Shown: one piece after another, positions 27,694-38,262 of the stretch
Layout of the letters: the number at the start of each line of letters is the position of its first letter
Position numbering within the stretch: the stretch's first letter is position 1
From: an uncultured Clostridia bacterium
Lineage (GTDB): Bacteria > Bacillota > Clostridia > Christensenellales > CAG-314
Direction of reading: 5' to 3'
DNA: 64,000 bases
NCBI GenBank assembly: GCA_944364615.1
Contig: CALVWF010000006.1
Location: 22,969-86,968, forward strand
Notes under the pieces: generated by a model
What the model was told of the DNA's origin: nothing
The model's database searches: none
The model's input: the letters and a program-made list of their open reading frames with translations, nothing else
Made by a program: the position numbers and the translations under genes

Positions 27694-29115
27694 TTAAAAA
27701 TTCTGACGTTTGTTATACATACCCGTGTAAAGCGCGCCCACAAGATCGAGGTTTGCGTTTATCACGGAGGAGGGCAGATTTCCCAACGGCTCGAAGCGCA
27801 CGTCGTTGCCCTCTTCTTCGGAATTTGCCATGTCGAAAACAAAGTTGAATCGAGGATCGATGTTGACCACGACACTGTCCACACGGGGCAGATATTCTTC
27901 GCGCGCCAACTGATATTTGTACAGCAACGCCCACTTCATTATCATTCGGAAATTTTCGTAAACGATTCCTTCCGCCGTTTCCGGCACGGGACGTTGCATA
28001 AACTTGGGCAGACGTTTGGGCATCTTGCGCGCAAATATCTTCTTTTTGCGCGACTCCGCCATTTGTTGGGCAAGTTTTTCACGGCGTTCCGCTTCTTCCT
28101 GTTCGGCGTCCGTCTCGTCAATGCCGTCGTCGGAAGACTGTACTATTTCGTCCACCGCCGATTGCAAAGCGTTGACATCTTCGGTACGGCTGTCCGCAAG
28201 CACCTGACTGACTGCGCCGTCGGCGGTAAGCGCCTCCTGCTGCGCATTGAGATTGTCGCCCGTCGACAGTTGATCGGCAACATTTGCGGCAATTTCTTCC
28301 AGATCGTCGGCGTCCACCGTCAGCGCCTTCATCCTCGCGCGTTCCTTGGCGTTGATGATGGCAAGATCTGCCACGTCGTGATCGTACTGCATGTTTTCCT
28401 GCAACACCTTGTCGTCGGCAAGATGTACGGTGCCCAGTTTGAAATCGGCAAATCCCGCCGTCTTACCCTTCAGACAGAACACCGCCTTGGTGTAGTCGGA
28501 CTTGACGTCAAGCAAAATGAACGTCTTTTTCCTGAGAGCGGGTTTAAACTGCAACACCGTGTTCAGCGTACAGTTCGCGCTGAAAGACGTTGTCTTGGGA
28601 TAAAATTTGTTGACGGACAGATTGCGGTACAGGTTTGTAAGATAGTTTTTGCGCAGTACGGTAAGATAAAAAACGACATACTGCTTGTTGCTTCCCGCAA
28701 TAAACGAGTTGAATTGCAGTTCCTTGTAACTTTTGTACAACTTTTGCAGTTCGGTGGTCAGAGCCGTTTTTATTTTGTTGTTGCTCATTAAAGGCAACGC
28801 AACGTTGTCCATCGCAACGGCGTTGTCAGGCAAAACCACGTACACAGCCAAAGAGTTGGATGTCGGCAACGTGCTTATATACTGAGCAAAAATGTCTTTA
28901 AATTCCGTCAGAAATTCTTCGGAAAGAAAATGATTGGTGTAGGCAAAAGTATCAACGGTCGATTTGTTGAAATTGAGCCCGAACATGCGCATTATCTTGA
29001 CCTGTTTCAACACGCCGTCAAACCCTACAACAATGTTCAAAGCGTGCTTGGACGGTGGAATCTGACGCAAATCGGCAAAGGAAAAATCCGAAACGGAAGA
29101 TTGAAAAAGATTCAT
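27694..29115 (-). CDS. Divergent PilM-like (actin-fold) protein with acidic insertion
   Basis: Position in the pilus operon; VYVVLPD and ILLDVKSDYT resemble PilM; long acidic low-complexity insert. Confidence 0.5.
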   Translation of the reverse strand: MNLFQSSVSDFSFADLRQIPPSKHALNIVVGFDGVLKQVKIMRMFGLNFNKSTVDTFAYTNHFLSEEFLTEFKDIFAQYISTLPTSNSLAVYVVLPDNAVAMDNVALPLMSNNKIKTALTTELQKLYKSYKELQFNSFIAGSNKQYVVFYLTVLRKNYLTNLYRNLSVNKFYPKTTSFSANCTLNTVLQFKPALRKKTFILLDVKSDYTKAVFCLKGKTAGFADFKLGTVHLADDKVLQENMQYDHDVADLAIINAKERARMKALTVDADDLEEIAANVADQLSTGDNLNAQQEALTADGAVSQVLADSRTEDVNALQSAVDEIVQSSDDGIDETDAEQEEAERREKLAQQMAESRKKKIFARKMPKRLPKFMQRPVPETAEGIVYENFRMIMKWALLYKYQLAREEYLPRVDSVVVNIDPRFNFVFDMANSEEEGNDVRFEPLGNLPSSVINANLDLVGALYTGMYNKRQNF

Positions 29116-29124
29116 CTTGACACC

Positions 29125-29658
29125 TCACTTAAATACAATAAGACACAGAAACTGCAACTGCGAAACAGGACAGTTTATTTCAAACCGCACCGATCCCGAA
29201 ACGTTGGCAACGTTGTCGGGGTACGCGACAATGTCGATTTCGCTGACTGTTGTGCAGTCTACGTAAACGTAGTTGAATTGTCCGACCGTTTCGCCGTGGT
29301 AAATGCTTTCGGGGTAACCGAACCGCAACTGCGGAACAACATTTCCATCCACAACGGAAGTGACCAAAGTTACCGAATACACGGTACCGTCGGTGTGCGT
29401 GGCGGAAACTACCGCAGTACCGTCGGTAGAAAACGTGTAGTCCTGTTTGTCAAACGCCGAAAACCAGAAGTCCAGTTCTTCCCTGATGTCCAACGTTTCG
29501 GAATTTCTGACTACCGAGTAGTCGCTGTTTTCCACATTCCGCCCCATAAAAGAAACAAAGGTCAGCACAACGCCCGCCACCAACGCAAAAAGCGCAATGG
29601 CGATCATAAGTTCGTAAAGGGTAAACGCCCTTTTAAAATTGCCGTGACCTTTAAACAT
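29125..29658 (-). CDS. Minor pilin
   Basis: RA|FTLYELMIAI motif. Confidence 0.85.
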   Translation of the reverse strand: MFKGHGNFKRAFTLYELMIAIALFALVAGVVLTFVSFMGRNVENSDYSVVRNSETLDIREELDFWFSAFDKQDYTFSTDGTAVVSATHTDGTVYSVTLVTSVVDGNVVPQLRFGYPESIYHGETVGQFNYVYVDCTTVSEIDIVAYPDNVANVSGSVRFEINCPVSQLQFLCLIVFK

Positions 29659-29742
29659 ACACAAACAGTCCTTTAAAAAATACTGATACCGCACAGATGT
29701 TCCGAACCGTGCCGAAACATTTGTCCGGTATCATTGTACCAC

Positions 29743-29788
29743 TTTTTAAAAAAAAGGGGAATACAAAGACGCCCCTTTTTTTTAAAAA
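29743..29788. terminator. Terminator after the probable major pilin
   Basis: TTTTAAAAAAAAGGGG...CCCCTTTTTTTTAAAA inverted repeat. Confidence 0.75.
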
Positions 29789-29813
29789 TGTTAAGTTTTT
29801 AATACGATATTTA

Positions 29814-30524
29814 TTATACTCCAGGGTTGGGTTCAGGATCAGGTTCAGCAACAACAGTCAATGTAAGACCGTTTGCGGGGATGTTATTATCCTCTGTAGC
29901 CTCGCTGTCATAAGCGGAGATACCCGTATACGGTGCGTACAGTGCGCCTTCCAGTACAAATTCAGTAGGTTTTTCAGTAATATTGATTACAAAGTAACCT
30001 GCATATGCAGTTTCGTTTACTGTAATATTGTAGACATACAGAGCATACGTTTCTTTGAGTTTTTCCCCATTGGGTTGGCCCTGTTGAGGAGTTTCAAGTA
30101 CGAAATCTGTACCCTCAGTGTCTGCTCCGACTTTAATATTGAGTTTGGTAGCAGCTGTAAGACCTTCGCCGGCAATTCCTTGAAGTTCGCCTATATCTAC
30201 AGCTCCGCTTTTCAATACAGCAACGTTTGCATTGCCGGACAATGTGCCGAGTGTTTGCAATTGATTGTTGATGTAAACAAATGCGTAGCCGTCACTTACA
30301 AATACCATACCGGTAAGATTGTCATTATTGGGATCGTCGTCAGTTATTGACTGAGAAATATAATCAGTCATTGCGTTGTGGCATACTTGCATTGCTGCAG
30401 ATTGCTTTGCGCTTGCAACAACGTTGCTGAATGTAGGAATAAGTACGGCTGCCAGAATTGCGATGACAGCAATTACAATTACCAATTCTGTAATGGTAAA
30501 TGCATTCTTTTTCTTGTTGAGCAT
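29814..30524 (-). CDS. Type IV pilin (probable major pilin)
   Basis: NA|FTITELVIVIAVIAILAAVLIP; own TTGACA promoter, AAGGAGA RBS and terminator. Confidence 0.9.
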   Translation of the reverse strand: MLNKKKNAFTITELVIVIAVIAILAAVLIPTFSNVVASAKQSAAMQVCHNAMTDYISQSITDDDPNNDNLTGMVFVSDGYAFVYINNQLQTLGTLSGNANVAVLKSGAVDIGELQGIAGEGLTAATKLNIKVGADTEGTDFVLETPQQGQPNGEKLKETYALYVYNITVNETAYAGYFVINITEKPTEFVLEGALYAPYTGISAYDSEATEDNNIPANGLTLTVVAEPDPEPNPGV

Positions 30525-30651
30525 TTTACAATATTCTCCTTTTAAAAATTTGTTTTTTTATTTCACGAACAAAGTCCGCAAATGTCAATTCAATCAAACT
30601 TTTCTGCTACTGGAATTCAGAAGCAGAAAAGCAACGATTTTTAACGCTTGA

Positions 30652-32580
30652 CTATTCTGCCTTTTGCAAAATAACTGCCCAATTCATCCAACCTATTCTC
30701 GGTTTCTCGTATCTTTCGACAGCAACCCCGTCAACGGTAAGATTTTCGATAACCAGATTTATTCCGTTCAAAGAAGATGTCAATTTCAAAAATTCTGTAG
30801 GAATAACGTTTTTGTCTGTTCCCAATTCCGTCTTTCCCGTAAGGCTGAAATAAACTCCGTCCACCTTCCATTTGATTTTGTCTTTATCCACCCACGTATT
30901 GATAGTTTCACAGTTTACGATGTTAATCTTGGTAAATTTTACCGTTTCAGCCGTAGCGGCAATATCCGTCGTCATATGCGAACAAAGTATACCGGCATGA
31001 GAGTCACCGGAATTTGGATCAAGTTCTGTAAGATTACGGTTTGCTGTTACTTTAACATTTTCAAGCGAAACGTTATCTACAATAGCGGCGCTGTTCTGAC
31101 CGCTTATTGCAATAATGCCGGCAACTTTTCTTTGTCCGTAAACTTCAAGATTTTTAACAGACGAATCGGTAATTTTAACTGTATGCGTTGCACTGAATTT
31201 TCCGTATGCACGGCCAACAATACCCGCCACAGCGTCATAGCCTTTTATGTAGCCCACTTCACCATTTTCATTGGCACCGTCAATATGAATATTGTCGAAC
31301 TCTGCATCTCCAAGTACACAGCCGGCAATAATTCCTGCGGAGTCGGTAATGGACAGTATTCCCGACTTACCGTCAACTGTAATAGTTCTTTCGTTCAGGT
31401 CCAATCTGACATCTTTTACGTTAATATTAGAAATTTTTACGGTTTCGCCTGCTTTGGCTATAACAGTCCCGAACAGTCCGTAAGAGTAGTTATATGCACC
31501 CTGCGGATATTCATTGTCGTCTTCTGTCTGATATTGTGCTCCCTGCGGAACAAATTGAGCATCCAATTCGTAGCCTGTGATGGTAACGCCACCAAAGTCA
31601 ACGGAAAAGCCGGAAGGAACATTGCCCGTTACAACGTCACGGTGCGTAGCGGAAATTGCTGTAGGCGACACTTCGCTGAAACTGACCTCTACCTTTTTAA
31701 GACTGTCTCCGCCTTTACCAAACACTACTTTTTTACCCGCAAGTTTTTCTGCCGTACTGTCTTCATTGGACATCGTAGACAGCGTTGCCATTGTTGCACG
31801 CATTACCTGTGCCTGCTGTTCAACAGTAACCGTTCCGCCACCTTCTATCGTCGCTCCGACTTTGGGCATTTCAAGACTGATTACGTTTGAATTGATTGTC
31901 TGAGTTTCAATGTCTGTTGCTATCGTTTCCGAATATGTATAACCCAACTTCTGATTATTGATTGCGGCAACAATCGTGTTTCCCCACATCTTATCCGTAA
32001 CTTTATCTGCAAGGTCACCGTATTTACCCGAGAAAGACGTCTGGAACTTTGTTATATCTCCACCCGACATTACATAGAAGTCGTAGTAAACTCCTGCAAT
32101 ATACGGACCGTCGCTTTCTCCGATTGTGCACAGCAGGTAACCCTTAGATTTTTGCTGTCCGGATTTATCAAAGACATTTACGCCGTTGCCAAGACCGAAA
32201 TCCGCCGTAAACGATACATTATATTGCTCGTCTGACGAAGAAATCAGCGTAACGAAGTTGGCATTTTCATACCATATAAGATACATATTATCCTGCTTTA
32301 ATGCAGTAGCAAGCAAGAACGGATTTGTCGTGTCGGTAAGTCCTTGTTGAGACAAAGCCAACATCAAATCGTCGTATGTTTCGGGGGCTTTGCCTGTTTC
32401 CGCTTTATACACTGACAATGCCGTATTTAAATTTTCGACCAGTTGCATGTCGTGCGACTTCTTAGAATTGTCTATTACTTCCGAGAAAGTAGGAATCAGG
32501 ATTGCTGCCAGAATGGCAATTACTGCTATTACCACAACCAGTTCGGTAATGGTAAACGCCTTTTTGTTCTTTGGGATCAT
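30652..32580 (-). CDS. Large type IV pilin/adhesin, copy A
   Basis: KA|FTITELVVV motif; beta-rich C-terminal region. Confidence 0.9.
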   Translation of the reverse strand: MIPKNKKAFTITELVVVIAVIAILAAILIPTFSEVIDNSKKSHDMQLVENLNTALSVYKAETGKAPETYDDLMLALSQQGLTDTTNPFLLATALKQDNMYLIWYENANFVTLISSSDEQYNVSFTADFGLGNGVNVFDKSGQQKSKGYLLCTIGESDGPYIAGVYYDFYVMSGGDITKFQTSFSGKYGDLADKVTDKMWGNTIVAAINNQKLGYTYSETIATDIETQTINSNVISLEMPKVGATIEGGGTVTVEQQAQVMRATMATLSTMSNEDSTAEKLAGKKVVFGKGGDSLKKVEVSFSEVSPTAISATHRDVVTGNVPSGFSVDFGGVTITGYELDAQFVPQGAQYQTEDDNEYPQGAYNYSYGLFGTVIAKAGETVKISNINVKDVRLDLNERTITVDGKSGILSITDSAGIIAGCVLGDAEFDNIHIDGANENGEVGYIKGYDAVAGIVGRAYGKFSATHTVKITDSSVKNLEVYGQRKVAGIIAISGQNSAAIVDNVSLENVKVTANRNLTELDPNSGDSHAGILCSHMTTDIAATAETVKFTKINIVNCETINTWVDKDKIKWKVDGVYFSLTGKTELGTDKNVIPTEFLKLTSSLNGINLVIENLTVDGVAVERYEKPRIGWMNWAVILQKAE

Positions 32581-34635
32581 AACTCAATCTCCTTATCTTA
32601 ACATATACAGTCTTGGATCAAACCAAACCGTGTGTATGTGCGAATATAAATTTTAATTTGCACTTGCCGTCAAAATTATTACTTTTGCCCCGCCGTACGC
32701 TAATCCCGGACTGGTAGTCCATGTTTTATTGATAGCAACTCCGTCAATGACGAGATTTGTTATAGTGAATGTTGCCCCATTGTCGGTAGACAATTCGCTG
32801 ATGAGTTTGAGGAAATTGCTGTTACTCAAAGGTACACTTCCGGTATTTCCCGGAACGTTTGCTCCTGCATGAACACTACTGGGCTTATACTCGGTCGTAC
32901 CGTCTTCTGAATAGTAAAGACCTCCATCCTGCCATATAGGTGTAGAATCAGCACCGGAAACGGGAACATAGTTATTTACGCATGTACATCCGTTAATTGT
33001 AATGTCTTTCCATTGTGCATCACTTTTGACCACTCCGAAACCGCCTACAATACCGGCAATAGAAACCTTTCTGTCGCCTGCAGTATCGCCCTCAACATTT
33101 CTCGAAGCACTTACATTGACATTGGTGAGAGAAGCACCGTCAATCGTAATTGTACCGTTCGACGAGTGAATACCGAACAAGCCCCCGGCACGACGCTGTC
33201 CGATTATATCGAGATTACTTACATTGCAGTTTTTCAACTCAACTACAGGATATGGATTAGTTCCTTCTTTCGAGTAAGCACGACCTACAATCGCGGCAGG
33301 ACTGTCGTAAGCCTTAATATAGCCGTTTGATCCGTCTGCCTGTTTGCCGTCTATAGTTATATTCTCAAATACGGCATCGCCTAATACACACCCTGCTACA
33401 ACTGCTGCCGAGTCTGTAATTGTAGGAACGCCCTCCTTGCCGTCAACAGTAATTGTTCTACCGTTTAGATCAAGACAAACGTCTTTGATCGTAAGATTGG
33501 ATATTGTTACCTTTTCTCCGTTCTTTACTATTATAGTTCCAAACAGTCCGTAAGAGTAGTTGTATGCACCGTTGGGGAAGTTGTTATCATCATTTGTCTG
33601 GAATTGTGCACCTTGAGGGGCAAATTGAGCATCCAATTCGTAGCCTGTGATGGTAACGCCACCAAAGTCAACGGAAAAGCCGGAAGGAACATTGGCCGTT
33701 ACAACGTCACGGTGCGTAGCGGAAATTGCTGTAGGCGACACTTCGCTGAAACTGACCTCTACGTCTTTAAGACTTTCTCCGCCTTCACCAAACACTACTT
33801 TTTTACCCGCAAGTTTTTCTGCCGTACTGTCTTCATTGGACATCGTAGACAGCGTTGCCATTGTTGCACGCATTACCTGTGCCTGCTGTTCAACAGTAAC
33901 CGTTCCGCCACCTTCTATCGTCGCTCCGACTTTGGGCATTTCAAGACTGATTACGTTTGAATTGATTGTCTGAGTTTCAATGTCTGTTGCTATCGTTTCC
34001 GAATATGTATAACCCAACTTCTGATTATTGATTGCGGCAACAATCGTGTTTCCCCACATCTTATCCGTAACTTTATCTGCAAGGTCACCGTATTTACCCG
34101 AGAAAGACGTCTGGAACTTTGTTATATCTCCACCCGACATTACATAGAAGTCGTAGTAAACTCCTGCAATATACGGACCGTCGCTTTCTCCGATTGTGCA
34201 CAGCAGGTAACCCTTAGATTTTTGCTGTCCGGATTTATCAAAGACATTTACGCCGTTGCCAAGACCGAAATCCGCCGTAAACGATACATTATATTGCTCG
34301 TCTGACGAAGAAATCAGCGTAACGAAGTTGGCATTTTCATACCATATAAGATACATATTATCCTGCTTTAATGCAGTAGCAAGCAAGAACGGATTTGTCG
34401 TGTCGGTAAGTCCTTGTTGAGACAAAGCCAACATCAAATCGTCGTATGTTTCGGGGGCTTTGCCTGTTTCCGCTTTATACACTGACAATGCCGTATTTAA
34501 ATTTTCGACCAGTTGCATGTCGTGCGACTTCTTAGAATTGTCTATTACTTCCGAGAAAGTAGGAATCAGGATTGCTGCCAGAATGGCAATTACTGCTATT
34601 ACCACAACCAGTTCGGTAATGGTAAACGCCTTTTT
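31551..34635. repeat. About 1015-bp near-identical direct repeat (31551-32565 and 33621-34635, offset 2070)
   Basis: Line-by-line comparison; the only differences seen are a few substitutions near 31625-31706 vs 33695-33776. Confidence 0.92.
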
Positions 34636-34656
34636 AGAACGAAAACGGTTGTACAT
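32653..34656 (-). CDS. Large type IV pilin/adhesin, copy B
   Basis: KA|FTITELVVV motif; GGAGG RBS before MYNRF; first about 340 aa nearly identical to copy A. Confidence 0.9.
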   Translation of the reverse strand: MYNRFRSKKAFTITELVVVIAVIAILAAILIPTFSEVIDNSKKSHDMQLVENLNTALSVYKAETGKAPETYDDLMLALSQQGLTDTTNPFLLATALKQDNMYLIWYENANFVTLISSSDEQYNVSFTADFGLGNGVNVFDKSGQQKSKGYLLCTIGESDGPYIAGVYYDFYVMSGGDITKFQTSFSGKYGDLADKVTDKMWGNTIVAAINNQKLGYTYSETIATDIETQTINSNVISLEMPKVGATIEGGGTVTVEQQAQVMRATMATLSTMSNEDSTAEKLAGKKVVFGEGGESLKDVEVSFSEVSPTAISATHRDVVTANVPSGFSVDFGGVTITGYELDAQFAPQGAQFQTNDDNNFPNGAYNYSYGLFGTIIVKNGEKVTISNLTIKDVCLDLNGRTITVDGKEGVPTITDSAAVVAGCVLGDAVFENITIDGKQADGSNGYIKAYDSPAAIVGRAYSKEGTNPYPVVELKNCNVSNLDIIGQRRAGGLFGIHSSNGTITIDGASLTNVNVSASRNVEGDTAGDRKVSIAGIVGGFGVVKSDAQWKDITINGCTCVNNYVPVSGADSTPIWQDGGLYYSEDGTTEYKPSSVHAGANVPGNTGSVPLSNSNFLKLISELSTDNGATFTITNLVIDGVAINKTWTTSPGLAYGGAKVIILTASAN

Positions 34657-34694
34657 AATATCCTCCATGTTTGATTATCTGTATTTAAAGTTGT

Positions 34695-35459
34695 TTAAGC
34701 CTCTTTCTTGGCCTTGCGCAATTCTTTCTTGCGCTGTTTGCGATACGCCTGTTCTTCCTTGATCTGCGCTACAGTGATATCCACGGTCTGTTTGGCAAGT
34801 TCAAGATCGGCAGATGTTTCAAGACGCACCACAACGGGGTTTATCTTGATGTTTTTAATGCCCTCTTCCTTGACGAACCTGTTTAAATCGCTGTTGAACA
34901 ACATAAAGTTCAAAACCACTACACCGCGGCGAATAGACGCACGCATTACCTTGTCGGTAGCAATCTTGAAAGTTTCGGCAGTAGACGAACGGCTGACCTT
35001 GGCTTTGTCGTGAGCAAGTATATACATGCTCAGCTGACTGTACATGTTGCGTGTTCCCTCGGGCAGATTGTCGTATTTGTCGGCAAAAGTCTTGCTCTCC
35101 TTGCCGGTAGCCTGGAACATTACGCTGTCTTCGGTAATTTCGCCGTACTTGTTGACAAAGTCGTCGATTGTTTCCTGATCGGCAGGCATCTGTTCCACAA
35201 CAGGTTGCTGCTGAGGCTCCGCTGCTGTTTCCGCCACGGTTGCCGCGGGAAGATCCTGAACGATTTCTATCTTGCCGTCCTTGACTTTAAGATAAACGTC
35301 GTCGGACTCTTCGATCCTCATTCCTTTTCCGGCATTGATTTTTTCGGAAACGGCTTTTTTCTTGCCTTCTTTAAGTCGCGATTCTATTGCCCACAGTACG
35401 ATTGCGCCCAGCAACAGTACCACAAACACGCAACTTATAACAATGTAAAAAACATCCAT
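34695..35459 (-). CDS. Membrane-anchored hypothetical protein
   Basis: N-terminal TM, AEPQ-rich linker, globular C-terminal domain, basic tail. Confidence 0.7.
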   Translation of the reverse strand: MDVFYIVISCVFVVLLLGAIVLWAIESRLKEGKKKAVSEKINAGKGMRIEESDDVYLKVKDGKIEIVQDLPAATVAETAAEPQQQPVVEQMPADQETIDDFVNKYGEITEDSVMFQATGKESKTFADKYDNLPEGTRNMYSQLSMYILAHDKAKVSRSSTAETFKIATDKVMRASIRRGVVVLNFMLFNSDLNRFVKEEGIKNIKINPVVVRLETSADLELAKQTVDITVAQIKEEQAYRKQRKKELRKAKKEA

Positions 35460-35476
35460 AGTCTGGGCCCCCCTGT

Positions 35477-35704
35477 TTACTTGCTGACAAGTTCGACGTT
35501 GTCGCTGTTGACGTCCACACATTCAATGCGGACGGTCTTGCCATCCTGAACAATATCCAGCAGATACTGTTCGCTTTGCTCGATTTGCTGTACTTCCTGT
35601 TTGGATTGGTCAATGCGCTTTTTCATTTCGACGGCCTTGTAGACAACAGCCGCAAGCAAGGCAGCCGCAAGCAGAGAACTGACCACAATGATTACAACTT
35701 CCAT
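35477..35704 (-). CDS. Small single-TM protein
   Basis: AAGGAGA RBS; MEVVIIVV hydrophobic N-terminus; shares a V.DGK..I motif with the downstream gene. Confidence 0.6.
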   Translation of the reverse strand: MEVVIIVVSSLLAAALLAAVVYKAVEMKKRIDQSKQEVQQIEQSEQYLLDIVQDGKTVRIECVDVNSDNVELVSK

Positions 35705-35944
35705 ACCAACACTCTCCTTAAATATTTCGCTGTACGTTTGTAAAAAAAAACGCGTTGAATATTGCGAAAAACACCGCAATACCACTAAATGTTACTGTAA
35801 TATCAGTTTAGCACCAATACAGTGTCACGTCAATACCTTTTTTGAAATTTATTATAATTATTATAATAAGCAACGCATTGAACTGTTTTTTTTGTAAAAG
35901 TATTTTACGTATTATGCTTTCATTGATTTTGCGCCTTGCCAAGA

Positions 35945-37528
35945 TTAATTTTCGGATTTAGTTACTATGTAAGTAAATTCATCCGATGTAGGACCGTCTT
36001 GTCTAACAGCCTCGTGGCCATCAGCCACAAAATTCGCAACAGGATTTTCCGTTGTGCTTGCTGCGGGATTATATTTATCAAACGTTCCACCGTAAACATT
36101 AATCTTCGCATTTGTGTTATCTTGCAGATTCAAAAGCCAATAACCGCTACCGTAAGTAGCCATTGCTGTAAAATAACCGCCATAAATTTCACACACTGAA
36201 TCGCCATCTGCCAATACGCATGTGAGTCCGCTTTTGAATGTTCCAGATTTCAACACAAGTTTGCTATTTTCGTTTGTTTCAAACATACGACCGTTAGAAG
36301 CACCGTCTATATAAGCCTGATCGAAATCAAACGTTCCGTTGCCGTCTATCGTCAATTGGGCAGAACCCATCAACACAATGTAACCAGCAGTATAAGACGT
36401 TGTAGCCGAATAAGTTACCGTGTGTCCGTTCATGTCGAGAAACCTTCTGCAATTAGAATCTCCACCCAACTTTAAAACTACCGTCAACGTGATGTCTTTT
36501 ATTAATTTATAGTAACTGTCGCCGTCAACTACTTGCTTCATTCTTAACAGTTGCGCTTGGTTTTCAATGAGATACGGACTTGTCGCAGTGCCAACTCCTC
36601 CGGCAAATAAACTCATTGCTTCGCTGTCTGCTACGTCGGTCATCACGTTTTCGGTTCCGGTTACAACTGTACTCAAGTTCTCTGCCACTATAGCATCTGT
36701 TGCCACTACGGTTGTATTATTATCACTGTTATCAATAACAGCTATGGTATCGGCAGTAAAGTTTTCAGCAGTTGTAGTAATTACGACAGCTGGAACTTTT
36801 GCCTGACTTTCAAGAACCACCCTTCCTTGCGCAATACTAAGATTGCCGAGTACCACGCCGAATTCATGATACGACTGAGATGCAACAGCCGTAATTTCAA
36901 CAAGGGTTGCTGTGCCGTAGTGAGACACATTACTTTGTGGTCCATCAATGGTGAGAGTACCGCCGTTTGTGTTAAAAATCACTTCTCGGGCGTCGTTCGC
37001 AGAATATAAAATTGAAATATTTTGGTTATCACCTACATCAATACCCGTAGAAACGGCCAAACCGGTTGCCGGTATTGCAGAGACATCTATAGCCGAAAGA
37101 AAGTAACTATATTCGCCCGTCGATGTTTCTTCAACATTATCTGTTATTTTCCAAAATTTGTAACCCAGTTCGGATTTGGTTGCGGAATCTTTATAAACAA
37201 AATTTCCGTCTTTAACTAATGCAAACCTGTTAGACACCTGGTCCCATACAATGTCCCCGTTTGAAACAGGAGTAAGATTTTCCACAGAATACCCTTCGCT
37301 TAATGCGACTTTCAGGACATCCTGCATTGTTGTAGGTTTTCCGTTCAACGTTTCGTCAGCATACAGCGCCGTATTAATGTTTCTAACGACTGATGTATCA
37401 GACGATACATTTGCCTGTTCGATGACATTTGAAAAAGTAGGAATAAGTATTGCTGCAAGAATTGCAACTACTGCTATTACAATCACGAGTTCGGTGATTG
37501 TAAATGCTTTGCGGTGTTTGATGCTCAT
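35945..37528 (-). CDS. Large type IV pilin with adhesin-like C-terminus
   Basis: KA|FTITELVIV motif; FAGGVGTATSPYLI motif seen in clostridial surface proteins; GAGG RBS. Confidence 0.88.
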   Translation of the reverse strand: MSIKHRKAFTITELVIVIAVVAILAAILIPTFSNVIEQANVSSDTSVVRNINTALYADETLNGKPTTMQDVLKVALSEGYSVENLTPVSNGDIVWDQVSNRFALVKDGNFVYKDSATKSELGYKFWKITDNVEETSTGEYSYFLSAIDVSAIPATGLAVSTGIDVGDNQNISILYSANDAREVIFNTNGGTLTIDGPQSNVSHYGTATLVEITAVASQSYHEFGVVLGNLSIAQGRVVLESQAKVPAVVITTTAENFTADTIAVIDNSDNNTTVVATDAIVAENLSTVVTGTENVMTDVADSEAMSLFAGGVGTATSPYLIENQAQLLRMKQVVDGDSYYKLIKDITLTVVLKLGGDSNCRRFLDMNGHTVTYSATTSYTAGYIVLMGSAQLTIDGNGTFDFDQAYIDGASNGRMFETNENSKLVLKSGTFKSGLTCVLADGDSVCEIYGGYFTAMATYGSGYWLLNLQDNTNAKINVYGGTFDKYNPAASTTENPVANFVADGHEAVRQDGPTSDEFTYIVTKSEN

Positions 37529-37658
37529 TTTTAAACTGACCTCTGAAAATACTGTTTTTAACAACTCTGACGATTTTACCGCAGTAACGGGAGCGGAACA
37601 AGGCTCAATTTGTCCACAATCTTGCACTGAAAATGTTTCGTCTTTGTTGTTTTAACAA

Positions 37659-37687
37659 ATTTTAACACTATAACAAACTATTGTCAA
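37659..37687 (-). promoter_or_regulatory. sigma-A promoter of the first pilin
   Basis: TTGACA-17 bp-TAAAAT with extended TG. Confidence 0.75.
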
Positions 37688-38262
37688 TATATTTACGTTA
37701 TTTTTTGTCGATTTTTTGATTTTTTAAAGCGCGAAACTTGCCGTACGTCGGGCATTTTCGGGGGGGGGGGGGGGTAAAGGGCCGGTTTTTTTAGCCCGTA
37801 AAAACGCCTTAAAACGGCTTATTTTGCCACTTTTTCCCCTGTTGTTTTCGGCGTTTCGGCGCTTTTTTTTCGGCTGTTTCGATTTCAAACCGTACTCCGC
37901 GTCGTCACCAACAAACAAAAGTGCGTTTACAGCGCCAATTTTTTCCGTCGCGGCTTTCTTGCCGACCGCAATACTCTCTTAAAGCAAGACGTTCATTTTT
38001 ACACATCGACACCGCCCCTATATACTATATATATAGCGCGGTAGTTTTATTAACATATCTTAACGTTTTAAAGGTTCTGAAACCGAAAATCATGCGTAAG
38101 CGCTTGCCGACCGGACGATCCACAATTACTCAAGGAATATTTTCACGTTCAGGCAAAAACGGAAAAGACCTTATTTTCCGCAAATAAGGTCCTGTCGTTA
38201 TATTTTAAATTATTATCTTGTATATCTTGTCCTCGCAAATAAACCGAAAATGTGCCGTTTCG

